Source: Octopus sinensis
Taxonomy: Eukaryota
Length of the DNA: 64,000 bases
Reading direction: 5' to 3'
Assembly: GCF_006345805.1 (NCBI RefSeq)
Contig: NC_043012.1
Location: forward strand, 24,924,001 to 24,988,000
The notes beneath the pieces were generated by a model. That model saw only the letters and a program-made list of their open reading frames with translations, was not told the origin of the DNA and ran no database searches. The first letter of the stretch is position 1; the number at the start of each line of letters is the position of its first letter. Both the position numbers and the translations under genes were made by a program. Positions 52,601 through 64,000 of this stretch are shown one piece after another.

Positions 52601-53320
52601 TGGAAGTGTTATCATGTACATGCTTTGTCTTGATATAAAAGATGGCCTACAGCAAATATTCTACTCAATACCACAAATTTGCTTGTCAGTTATTTGACCT
52701 TAACCAGTTTAGCATGTCCCTTGGTGGCTGACGATTTGTGCATCTCCGATCACGAGCAGAAATAGTGGGGGGAACATTATAGCCATGTGTTGAGAGGAAT
52801 TCTTTGGGGTTTGAATAATTCACCTCTGGAAACATTTGTGATTCGTTCAACATCCTTAAACCTTATACAGGGACCTTCCGAGTCGGAGGAGCTACACAAC
52901 CCGAAGAAAATTCTAACGGGCCCTGCCTGCAAGGTCATGCTTGTCAGTTATTTGACCTTAACCAGTTGAACATGTCCCTTGGTGGCTGACGATTTGTGCA
53001 TCTCTGATCACGAGCAGAAATAGTGGGGGAACATTATAGCCATGTGTTGAGAGGAATTCTTTGGGGCTTGAATAATTCACCTCTGGAAACATTTGTGATT
53101 CGTTCAACATCCTTAAACCTTATACAGGGACCTTCCGAGTCGGATGAGCTACACAACCCGAAGAAAATTCGGTCATGCGCTGGTTCTCTTGATATGCATG
53201 TACCTGGTGTATCCTTATCAGACAGGCAGTCCTAATGGGTATACTGGGCTTCGTATATTTTACCCCAGTGTCACTTAAATGGCATGCGCTGCTCTCTCAC
53301 TCAATAATAATAATAATAAT
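52601..53320 (+). mobile_element. Family D repeat with an internal 258-bp tandem duplication and (AAT)n tail
   Basis: Units start at 52681 and 52939; the element ends CTCTCTCACTC(AAT)n. Confidence 0.8.
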
Positions 53321-55642
53321 AGTGTTGGATACAAAAGAAGAGAACAAAGAGAACGTAAAGAACCATTTTGGTGTAGAGGAATTTATGAGAAACAAAGTTA
53401 AAAAGACATTCAGGACAAATTGGTAGATTGAGAAGAGGGGAATTGCAGAAGAAAAGCATAAGAATGTTGGAAAGAACATATAGAATAAGAGATAAAGGTT
53501 ATGATGTGATATTGGAAGAATTGAAACAAAGCAAAGCAAAACAGGAAAGATATGACAACAGAACAAAACAATTGAGGCCAAACAGATTGTTTGAAGTAAA
53601 TCAGAAGAAACTATTTCAGGAATTAGATGGACAATTACATGTAGCAATGATACCAGATGCAGAGGAAGGTAGAGCATTCTGGAGAGGGATCTGAAGCGGA
53701 GTGGCTACATAAAATCCAAGATAGGTTAAAAAATATAGAAGGCCAAGAAGACGTAAAGATAACCACAAAAATTATTGGATGAAGCTGAGAGGGTTCCATG
53801 AAATGATAGCACAACAGTTAGATGAGTACTTGCAGAAAGGCAGAGTACCCAGCCAAATGACAAAATTCTGTGCTAAGGATCCTGCAAAGGGAAATATTGC
53901 ATCCAACTTTAGACCGCTAACATGCCTTCCGCTAATGTGGGAACTAATGTCAGGTGTGTGAGCCGGTGAATTGTGTAGATACCTGAAAAACAGTGGGCTG
54001 CTTGCTAGTGATAGTTAGGGACGAGGGGGTATTTAGAACGAAGGATCAGCTCTTAACTGATAATCTAATTATCAGGAACTGCAAGAGAAGACACAAACCT
54101 GAGCACGGAATGGGTTGACTATCGCAAAGCATACGATATGATACCACACACCTGGATAATAAAAACAATGGAAATGTATAGAGTAGCAGAGAATATGAGA
54201 AGTCTTATGGAATAGCATAACATGCTGGAAAACGGTATTGGCTGCAGAGAATCGAGTATTAGGAGAAGTGAAAACCAAGAGAGGAATCTTCCAGTGGGAA
54301 CAGTGTGTCGCCACTGATCTTCGTGCTGGGAATGATTCCGTTGAGCGAAGTACTACAGAAAACAAAGTTGGGGTATTATGTGGGAAGAGGTAAGGGAAAA
54401 CTGAACCACTTGCTATTCATAGACGACCAGAAGCGATTCACAAAATCTGAGGCAGTACTGGACAGCCTAGTCCAGTCTGTGCGGATTTTCTTCATATTTT
54501 CTCAAAATATGCTACGATAGTGATGAGATGAGTAAAGCTGTTCAGAACAGAAGGTATATGGTTGGCAAGTGGTGAAATGATGAAGGCAATTCAACATCAA
54601 TCCGGTTATGAATACATGGGAATACTTGAGGCAGATGGAATTAAACACAATGATGTGAAGGAAAAGACAAAAAGAGAGTACCGGCGGCGAGTGAGAAAAA
54701 TATTAGCTTCAAAACCAAATGCCGGAAATATAATTTCGGCAATAAACTCGCGCGCAGTCGCAGTAGTTCGGTATGGTGCTGGAATGTTGAAGTGGACAGA
54801 GGAGGAACAAAAAGAGATGGACAGGAAGTCAAGAGAGCGTTTAACGATGCATGGAGCTCATCAGTCACGTGCAGACACTGATCACCTGTACATGAAGAGA
54901 GCAAATGGAGGAAGAGGATTGATAAGTGTGGAAGAGTGCGTGCGTATCGAACTCGAAAGCTCAATGAGATACTTAGCTCAAAGTAAAGAAACCTTACTAG
55001 TGACTGATATGAATGAGGGAGTATTGAGAGCAGAGAAAAAAGGAAAAACAAAGAAAGACGTGCAAGAAGGACATGAAGAAGAATTACGCAAGAAGGGACA
55101 ACACAATTTCATGTAACCACAACAGAAGTTGCCGGAGAAAATAGGTGGTATTGGCTGATGAAAGGAACCCTAAAAAAGAGAGTGAGAGCACTATACTGGC
55201 AACACAAGACCAAGCTTTGGCCACGAACTGGAGGGTCAACCTTAGGAATAAGCAAGTGTCTCTGCTGTGCTGCATATGCAATAGAGTAGATGAAATCATT
55301 ACCCATACCACGAACGAATTCCCTATAGGCTTGTCCTAAACCACTACGAGTTGTGGCAACACGATCAGGTAGCGAAAGGGCTACACTGGAAACTGTGCGA
55401 AAAGTGGGGGCTAGAAAGGGGCGAGACGGGTATGAACACAAACCGCAGAGAATGGTGGAGTTGGCAACTAGCAAAATCCTCTGGGATTTCCCAGTCCAAA
55501 CAGATCAGGTGCTAGAGCATAACAGACTGGACCTAGTGGGGGTAGATAAGATGCACCACATGTGCCATATAGTTCATGTTGCATGTCCCTTTGGCCCACG
55601 AATATTTAAGAAGGAAGGCGAAAGAGTAGATAGATAGGTAGG

Positions 55643-55720
<78 letters not shown>

Positions 55721-56037
55721 CAACCCTCTTAAGTAAGAAATAGTCCGGCCATGGAAAATGAAGACAGTGAAGATAATAATGCCAATTATTGTTGGGTCCT
55801 TGAGGACAGTATCAGAAGACATCAAGGGGAATATAAAGGAAATTGGAATAGAGCGCCCAGTAGAACTGTTACAAAAAGTTTGCCTCTTTAGCATGGCCAG
55901 AATAATCAAGAAAGTATAAGAGAGCTAAAAAGAACGGATAGCATGGTACCTTAGGCTGAAGGTAGTAAGCCCGCTACGCATGCAAGACTGCAGGAGTTCC
56001 AACAAAACCTACGATAAAAAGAAATAATAATAATAAT
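53321..56037 (+). mobile_element. Long decayed R4/Dong-like REL LINE (N-terminal region, RT, knuckle, REL endonuclease, 3' UTR)
   Basis: In order: ILEELKQ...NRLFEVNQKKLFQELDG; NFRPLTCLPLMW; DYRKAYDMIPHTW; SPLIFVLGMIPLS...NHLLFIDD; AINSRAVAVVRYG...LYMKRANGGRGLISVEEC; KILWDFPVQTD...HNRLDL; PIIVGSL...LLQKVCL. There are many frameshifts and (AAT)n lies on both sides. Confidence 0.92.
55626..55720 (+). repeat. (GATA)n array inside LINE coding sequence
   Basis: Sits between GAA AGA GTA GAT AGA and GAT AGA TAC AAC CCT. Confidence 0.95.
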
Positions 56038-56309
56038 GAAGATAGTGCTAATTATTGTTGGGTCCTTGGGGACAGTAACAGATGGCATCAGGGGGGATAC
56101 AAAAGAAATCAGAATAGAGTGCCAAGCAGAATTGTTACAAAAGTTTTGCCTCCCTGGCACGATTAGAATAATCAGGAAATTTTTTTAGATAGTTGAAAAG
56201 AACGAATAGCATGGTACCGTAGGCTGCAGGTAGTAAACCCGCTACGCATGCAAGACTTCAGGTGTTCCAACAAAACCTGTGATAAATAGATAATAATAAT
56301 AATAATAAT
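56038..56309 (+). mobile_element. Second, diverged 3'-terminal copy of the same LINE subfamily, directly after the first tail
   Basis: Aligns with ~55768-56037, with many substitutions, and has its own (AAT)n tail. Confidence 0.85.
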
Positions 56310-57869
56310 TTAGTAGTAATGGTTTCAAATTTTTGCACTAGGCCAGCAATATCGGGGAGAAAGTAAGTCCATTACGTCGACCCCAGTACATCATTTACAT
56401 TATTTAGATTTGACGGATATTTGTCCTCATCCTGTTTGTCGTCAATAATGTAAATAATGTACATAATTCCTCATCTCTTAAATATAGAACTGTCGACCCG
56501 AGTGTTCAACTGGTACTTATTTTATCGACTTCAGAAGGACGAAAGGCAAAGTCAACCTCGGGGCCACCTTCCTACTATAGGCACGTCTGAAATTTGTGGG
56601 GAGTGTGTTATTCGATTATATCAACCCCAGTATTTAGCTGGTACTTATTTTAACCGAACCCAAGAGTATGGAAGACAAAATTATTATCGTTTAATCCCAG
56701 GTCGTATCTAACTATGTTTAAATGCTTTCCAACCATGGCCATCAACTCGGTTTACAATCATGTCAAGAACTAATTATCCAAAATAGATTTTCCTTTCTTC
56801 AAAGCGTGAGAGTGTGTGCACTTGGGAGAGATTTGACTGTTATTTCTAGCAAACCGGGTAATCGTATTGAGATTCACCGGTGCTCCACCGCTTCTACCAA
56901 TCTCCATCATCGGAGCAGTGGAAAATTTCTGCGGAGACTTACCCTGAAAAGATAAAAAGCAAAGCCGACTGCTGCAAGGTTCGAACTCGCAACACAAAAA
57001 CAGAAACATTCTAAAGTTGTTATTGTTATATAACCTATGTCAGCCTTGATCAGACATTCCTACTGTGACCACCCAGTATTTTATTTTTAGCTATCTAGTA
57101 CTCTGTTATCTTATGTTGGTTCAATCTTGTTTAAAGTGTGATTTGAGGGAGATTTGACTGTTATTTCTAGCAAACTGGGTGACTACTTAGATGGTCGCTG
57201 TTTTTCTGCCCCTCACCCCACCATGGAAATCATAGCTGAGAACCGTTTGCCTCTGTGTTCTTCTTCCACTACTGTTGTTTGCTGCTTTGTGACTCACAAG
57301 CAACAATACGAAATCACGATGTGTGTATGTGTGTGCTGTATGGAAATGGAACGAACCGAGCGAGGACGGAAGAAACAAGGGAAATAACTCTGAGATGAAT
57401 TACTCATGGTTTTAATTTTTTTTTTTTTTTTTTACAAAAAGATTTGCAAGTTATTCTAAATTAAATTTTTGCTTTTAATTACGGAAAGGAAAATTATAGG
57501 CGCAAAAATGGCTTTGTGATTTTGAAGCTTGCTCTGTAACCATGTGGTTCTAGGTTCAGTCTTACTGTACGGCATCTTGGGGAAATGACTTCTGCTATAG
57601 CCCTGGGCAGTCTTTAGAGTGAAAATGGTAGGTGGAAACTGCGCGGAAGCCCGTCGTGTGTGTGTGTTATCCTTCACCACCACTTAACAGCCGGTATTGT
57701 TTTGTATAAGACCAACAGAAAGCTTCCAAAAAGAAAGAAAGAAAAGCGAAGTGCTGGGTTAGATTTCCTTGACTAAACCCCTCATGGAAGTACCCCCAGT
57801 CCCTGAAACAAGATCAAAAATAAATATAAAACGAGCCTTTGGGAGTGGGTATGACATACATTTGAAATA

Positions 57870-58067
57870 CAATAATCCCACGACTATCGCGGGTGTTACG
57901 TTCTAACCCGCGATAGATGAAAAACCGCGGAGTAGAGTACTGTATATTTTTAAAATTATTTTTATAATTTGTATATATTTATTTTATTGTAAATGCAAAA
58001 AATACAACACCACGGAGGAATCGACGTAAGCTTAAATGATAACCCATGATACAGTGAGGGATTACTG
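57870..58067. mobile_element. Tigger-like MITE
   Basis: TA-CAATAATCCCACGACTATCGCGGG ... CAGTGAGGGATTACTG termini. Confidence 0.8.
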
Positions 58068-58175
58068 TTTGAATGTCATCAAATTCTTTTGTTTTGTAAA
58101 TACCATTTTCATAGAAAAACTGCAGCTGAAAGGATGTCTTTGAGTGTTTTCTCTATTTTTTTTAAAAGATAAAAA

Positions 58176-58509
58176 TGTGTGGTAAGTAGCTTGCTAACCA
58201 ACCACATGGTTCTGGGTTCAGTCCCACTGCGTGGCATCTTGGGCAAGTGTCTTCTGCTATAGCCCCGGGCTGACCAATGCCTTGTGAGTGAATTTGGTAG
58301 ACGGAAACTGAAAGAAGCCTGTCGTATATATATATATATATACGACAGGCGCAGGAGTGGCTGTGTGGTAAGCAGCTTGCTAACCAACCACATGGTTCCG
58401 GGTTCAGTCCCACTGCGTGGCATCTTGGGCAAGTGTCTTCTGCTATAGCCCCGGCCGACCAATGCCTTGTGAGTGGATTTGGTAGACGGAAACTGAAAGA
58501 AGCCTGTCG

Positions 58510-58567
<58 letters not shown>

Positions 58568-58790
58568 TTGTGTGTCTGTGTTTGTCCCCCTAGCATTGCT
58601 TGACAACTGATGCTGGTGTGTTTACGTCCCCGTCACCTAGCAGTTCGGCAAAAGAGACCGATAGACTAAGTACTGGGCTTACAAAGAATAAGTCCCGGGG
58701 TCGATTTGCTCGACTAAAGGCGGTGCTCCAGCATAGCCGCAGTCAAATGACTGAGACAAGTAAAAGAGTAAAGAGTAGAGTAAGTAATTT
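58176..58790 (+). mobile_element. SINE-A 5' half followed by a complete young SINE-A
   Basis: The head and core occur twice (58176-58342 and from 58347); tail AAGTAAAAGAGTAAAGAGTAGAGTAAG. Confidence 0.92.
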
Positions 58791-58965
58791 GAATTAACTT
58801 TCCATTGGTGTTAATATTTAGAATATTTCTTTTAAAAGGGATTGTTGATGAGAAATATTATATAACGATTAATATTTGTTAAATGTGATATTTCAATAAC
58901 TGTAATGGCATCATTACCATATTCTTATATCAGTAGATTGGTAGCATCGTGAAAGCCATATCATT

Positions 58966-59335
58966 TTATCTTTTCCAGTCATTTGATAGCGGCCATGCTG
59001 GGGCAACGCCTTCTGAGTCGAATGAATCGACCCCGGTAGTTAGGTTTCTTCTTTTTTAAGCCTGGTAATTATTCTATCGGTGTCTTTTGGCCGAAGCGTT
59101 AAGTGACGGTAACGTAAACACACCAACGCCAGTGGTCAAGCGGTGGTGCGAGACATACACACATACATACGACGGGGTTTTTTTTCCCGTTTCCGTCTAC
59201 CAAATCTACTCCCAAGGCTTTGGTCGGCCCGAGGCAAAAATAGAAGACACTTGTTCAAGGTACTACGCAATGGGACTGAACCCGGAACCATGTGGTTGGG
59301 AAGTAAGCTTCTTACCACTCAGCCACGCCTACATT
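58966..59335 (-). mobile_element. SINE-A copy
   Basis: GGCCATGCTGGGGCA start and GGGACTGAACCCGGAACCATGTGG head. Confidence 0.85.
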
Positions 59336-59495
59336 TACATTTTGTGTTCAAGTACCCTAGCGGTCAATTTTTTCACCATAATAGTCCAGTCCTTTTCGTA
59401 GGGTGGTGGCTTCTGTGCCTCAGTGGCTCCGAGAACTATGCCAGCAAAACACAAGCCCCAAGTAGGGCACCCTATGCTGGACAAGTCAAAGAATA

Positions 59496-59568
<73 letters not shown>

Positions 59569-59599
59569 ATAGTAGTAGTAGTAGTAGTAGTAGTAGTAA

Positions 59600-59639
<40 letters not shown>

Positions 59640-59749
59640 GGTAATAGTAGTAGTAGTAGTAGTAATAGTAGTAGTAGTAGTAGTAATAGTAGTAGTAGTA
59701 GTAGTAGTAATAGTAGTAGTAGTAGTAGTAGTAGTAATAGTAGTAGTAA

Positions 59750-59801
<52 letters not shown>

Positions 59802-59830
59802 GGTAATAGTAGTAGTAGTAGTAGTAGTAA

Positions 59831-59883
<53 letters not shown>

Positions 59884-59884
59884 A

Positions 59885-59943
<59 letters not shown>

Positions 59944-59944
59944 A

Positions 59945-59990
<46 letters not shown>

Positions 59991-60005
59991 GGTGGTGGTG
60001 GTAAT
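59496..60005. repeat. ~510-bp (AGT)n array with (GGT)n blocks and AAT interruptions
   Basis: Direct reading; source of the poly-Y/T/L/V ORFs. Confidence 0.97.
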
Positions 60006-60353
60006 TTTGGGGAATGCGATATAACAGCGCGTCGCCGCATCCTCCATTTGTTGATGATTCCCTATTTCTAGCAGGTGACACCTTTGCACCACTCAGGCGA
60101 CAACCCTCCAGCCCAGGGGTCAGTTTAGGTAGTCATTGCTGGAGAGGATTTTACAAGGAAGGAGTGTAAATTCTCCCTCAACCTCTTTACGACACGTTTC
60201 AGGAAACGTTGGATCTATTCTTTGACATACCGATCCCCTTTCGTATTAACATATCTTTTTATTATTATCACCATTGGCGGCCCGTAGATAAAATTAATGG
60301 GGGTGCTGCTTCAGAAAATTTTTAGCCATTGTTTTAATATTGTGTAAAAGGAA

Positions 60354-60757
60354 GGCGGCGAGCTGGCAGAAACGTTAGCACGCCGGGCGAAATGTTTAGC
60401 GGTATTTCGTCTGTCTTTACGTTGTGAGTTGAAATTCCGCCGAGGTCGACTTTGCCTTTCATCCTTTCGGGGTTGATTAAATAAGTACCAGTTACGCGCT
60501 GGGGTCGATATAATCGACTTAATCCGTGTGTCTGTCCTTGTTTGTCCCCTCTGTGTTTAGCCCCTTGTGGGTAGTAAAGAAATAGAAATAGGTATTTCGT
60601 CTGTCTTTACGTTCTGAGTTCAAATTCCGCCGAGGTCGACTTTGCCTTTCATTCTTTCATCCGATCGATAAATTAAGTACCAGTTGCGTACTGGAGACGA
60701 TCTAATCGACTCGCCCCCTCTCCAAAAATTTCGGGCCTTCTGTCATGAGTAGAAAAG
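60354..60757 (+). mobile_element. Composite (dimeric) SINE-B with 18-bp target-site duplication
   Basis: A full copy is followed by a second copy starting at GGTATTTCGTC. AATATTGTGTAAAAGGAA occurs at 60336-60353 and 60758-60775. Confidence 0.9.
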
Positions 60758-61370
60758 AATATTGTGTAAAAGGAAACAAACTTACAAAAAGAAAATTTAT
60801 ACATAAACTTGATGGGTTCGGGGAGTGTTTAATTTGTTCACTGAACACCGCCGCGAATTAATCCTTGTTGTTCATAACTTCCCCCTAAATCACAAAATAA
60901 GGCAGGGTGGAAATTTGCTCTAATTTTCAAATCCTGGCAAAAACAGTGAAGCTAGAAGCAGAATAATAACCTAATTCTACACTTTATCACATTCAAGAAT
61001 ATAAGGACGTTTTTAAGCACAAAACACGCGGAGTCAAAAAGAAACACTACCTTTCACCGGAACACCGGGATCGACACTGTCGTTCACACAGTACTCTCTC
61101 TCTCCTTAGCGTGAAGCTCCCTATCTCGGACATGTGAGCATGCGCGCAACATCCAAATACCACGTCGCTGTAACTGTGAAGCGCACAGTTCTATAACAAG
61201 AAGTTTTGTGTTTTTTTCATAAACTAGGGGATGGCTACTGACAATAAGCTTAAGGATTGTATGATGTACAAGTATAAAGAAAGAATTAAAGAAAAAAGGA
61301 CTCATTATATTGAATGTTATCGATAATATCAAGTGGAAATAGGGGTTGCTGCAGTTCCGGAGTGCCTATA

Positions 61371-62001
61371 CACGAGCTTATACTGATCGTCACACTTTCT
61401 GTGCACGCGGGCTTATAGTTTGTACTATAGTGGTTACGTGATCGAAGTTTGAGCTTGATCGCGCCATTTTTCTTTCTGGTTTTATTGTGTAAGCATGGCC
61501 GCTCCACTAGCAATGTGCACCAAAGAAGAACAGAGAGCTGTGATCCGATTTCTCTGGTCGGAAGGTGTGTCAGATGCTGAAATTCACCGGAGGCTTTTAG
61601 TACAATATGGGGACAATGCACTACCACGTAGAAGTGTGTATGTATGGATTGAAAAGTTTAAAAGTGTCCGGGCAAGCATGATGTACGAAGAGGGAGCAGG
61701 ACACACGTCAACCTCCACCACTGACGAGAAAATTCAGCAAGCTCGAGAGGTGTGAATGGCGGACCGGTTCACCATTACTATTCGCGGATCACTAGTCTTT
61801 GTTCTTCTTTGGGGGTACATTACTAGTGAGCGGCCAAGCTTACATTGTAAAGCCAGAAAGAAAAATGGCGCGATCAAGCTCAAACTTCCATCACATGACT
61901 ACAACAGTATCAGTTATAAGCACACATGCGCAGAAGGCACTGTGACACTAATAAAGATATGTTATGGCAAAAGTGCGGATAACTTTTGACTTCTCCTCGT
62001 G
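61371..62001 (+). mobile_element. Internally deleted mariner element with long inverted ends; retains the transposase N-terminal HTH region
   Basis: ORF 61495-61755 reads EQRAVIRFLWSEG...AEIHRRL...YGDNAL.R.SV..WIEKFK. Termini are CACGAG and AACTTTTGACTTCTCCTCGTG; a perfect 36-bp inverted repeat lies at 61444-61479 and 61853-61888. Confidence 0.88.
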
Positions 62002-62007
62002 TCTGTG

Positions 62008-62042
<35 letters not shown>

Positions 62043-62162
62043 ATAGGTTTTTACTTGTACTGCAGTACCAAATTTTGTGTTCACGTCTATAGTTGGTGTA
62101 TATACATTTCGATTCTGACCCAACCAGATGCCTTACCATTTAAGTACCTTATTCGCCCGAAT

Positions 62163-62203
<41 letters not shown>

Positions 62204-63609
62204 GTGTGTGTTTGTGTTTGTCCCCACCATCACCACCGTGTGACGGGTGGTGTTAGTTTGTCTATACCCTTGCAACTTAGCAGTCCGGCAAGAGAAGTCG
62301 ATACAATAAATACCAGACTTCAGACTTCAAAAACTAAGCGGTGGTGTCAATTTGTTGGACTAAACTTGTCAAGCCGGTGCTCCAGCATGGCTGCAGTCCA
62401 ATGGCTATAACAAGTAAACGGTTAGTATGAGAAAAAAAAAACACCTTAAGAACACCGTTTCTTTGTAGTGTATTTTGAGTCTCATCACAGATAGTCGAGT
62501 CTGGATGTGGTCGAGCTGCATCTGAAACGGTCGATGGTTGATCGCATGACCTCGTGGTTATACTGTTATACTCATGACAGAGGCACACAAGTTTCTGTGA
62601 CCCGCACTAAGCTGCTACAAAACCGGTTTAAAACGGCTATGTCAAGCTGATGAATCTAATCGACGTTAGATTACGTATGTCATTGCTGTTATTAATAATG
62701 ATGATGATGATGAGGCCAGTCTTGATCGAACGCACTTACAACCGAAGACATTCCAGTCGTGACATCTCTGTCTTTTCGTACATTTAAGAGTTGTTCATTG
62801 TATTTTTGCTCCACATACACCTATAGATTTTCGCCCACATACATATATACATTATTGACTGATGCAAACACTTTGCTTATACACACAGGCACACACATAC
62901 ACAAAGCGCGCACGCACACACTCATATATGTATGTACTTACATACGTACATACACAAAACACATACGCATATCTCTGTGGACAGAAAATTAGGGATCATA
63001 TCGGACAACTTTCAAATGGATGACATTCAAATAAAAATAGATCGTTGGTTTCGACGGTGAGTGTTCGATCAACAGTTGTTTGACCAATAGATCATGGCAG
63101 GCCGACCCATCGAATTAACGTTTAAGTGACTGAATATTCCTAAGATATGTGTACTATTAATGAAATTCTTGGATCGAATCAATATACCCCTTATGAGACA
63201 AGGGTGGGTGGTCATTTTAATTACGTGTTATAGGTAGAATCCACCTGACAGACAGATTTCGTCCAAATAGTTAACCGTCTTTCCTGCTATTCAGTTTCCA
63301 TCCAAGATGTTGATGGAGCCGAAGCTATGAGTAAAAGACCAAAATGCAATGATATAGGATCGAAACCCAGCCTCTCATGACTGCGAAGCTAATTTAGCCA
63401 TTTTACCGTGTCTTTCAATATAGCTGAAAATCATTTTAGATGGATGGTCATGGCGAGAACGTCGTCCTTGATTAGAGCAGAACAACAACACCCACAATAA
63501 CAACAACAAAACTAATAACAGCCAACAACAATAACAAACAATAACGACCATAACAATAGCAACAATGAGTACGACAACAACAACAGAACCACGACAATAG
63601 TGATAGCGG

Positions 63610-64000
63610 TTTCAAATTTCGGCACAAAACCAGGAATTTTGTGAAAGGAGGATAAAAGTTCATTACACCGACTCCAGTACTTAACAGGTTCTTATTTCAT
63701 CGATCTCGAGGGGATGAAAGGCAAAGTTGACTTTGACGCCATGTGAAATCAGAACGTAAGTGTGGACGAAATGCCACTTACCATTTTGTCCGGCATGCTA
63801 ACGCTTCTGCCGGTTCGCCACCTGAATATTAATAGTAATGATCCTTTGTACAGTAAGTAAAAGTCCTGAGATTCCGGGTCAAGGATTAACCGATTACATC
63901 TGGTACCAGTATACAACTGGTACTTAATTTATCGACCCCGAGAGGGTAAAAGGCAAAGTCAACCTCCGCGGAATTTGAACTCAGAACGTAGTACCAGACG
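63610..64000 (-). mobile_element. Two SINE-B copies (the second runs off the window)
   Basis: Two reverse-complement cores (ATCGATCTCGAGGGGATGAAAGGC; ATCGACCCCGAGAGGGTAAAAGGC). Confidence 0.8.

Noticed and set aside
51745-53320. CRISPR-like or regularly spaced repeat array
   Set aside because: The repeats are duplicated transposon fragments and microsatellites in eukaryotic DNA, with no short repeat/unique spacer pattern.
59335-60092. Poly-Tyr, poly-Thr, poly-Leu and poly-Val ORFs of 130-250 aa
   Set aside because: They are alternative frames of one triplet array, with no non-repetitive coding signal.
62640-62690. Hammerhead candidate CTGATGA with a good stem II hairpin
   Set aside because: GAAA is missing and stem I does not pair; too many changes are needed.

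Overview
AT-rich, repeat-saturated animal genomic DNA with no intact protein-coding gene, rRNA, tRNA or CRISPR array that I can support. The SINE families and microsatellite load look like an Octopus genome; this is inferred from family resemblance, not verified. Most of the window is (TA)n, (CA)n, (GA)n, (AAT)n, (GATA)n and (AGT)n arrays, many copies of two tRNA-derived SINEs (called SINE-A and SINE-B here) and decayed transposons. The transposons are a Ty3/Gypsy gag-pol relic, several R4/Dong-like REL LINE pieces, CR1 and RTE 3' ends, Chapaev3-like, Tigger-like and mariner relics, several MITEs, a Helentron-like element and a Penelope-like repeat. Nearly all long ORFs in the supplied track are translated microsatellites. 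The most interesting signals are four degenerate type I hammerhead-ribozyme motifs, two short insertions apparently copied from sequence 1 kb and 8 kb away, a CR1/SINE-A shared 3' stem-loop with a compensatory change, LINEs nested in (AAT)n, many fold-back junctions and one candidate host exon on the minus strand. I found no clearly new biological system. All alignments and folds were done by eye and most repeat boundaries are approximate.
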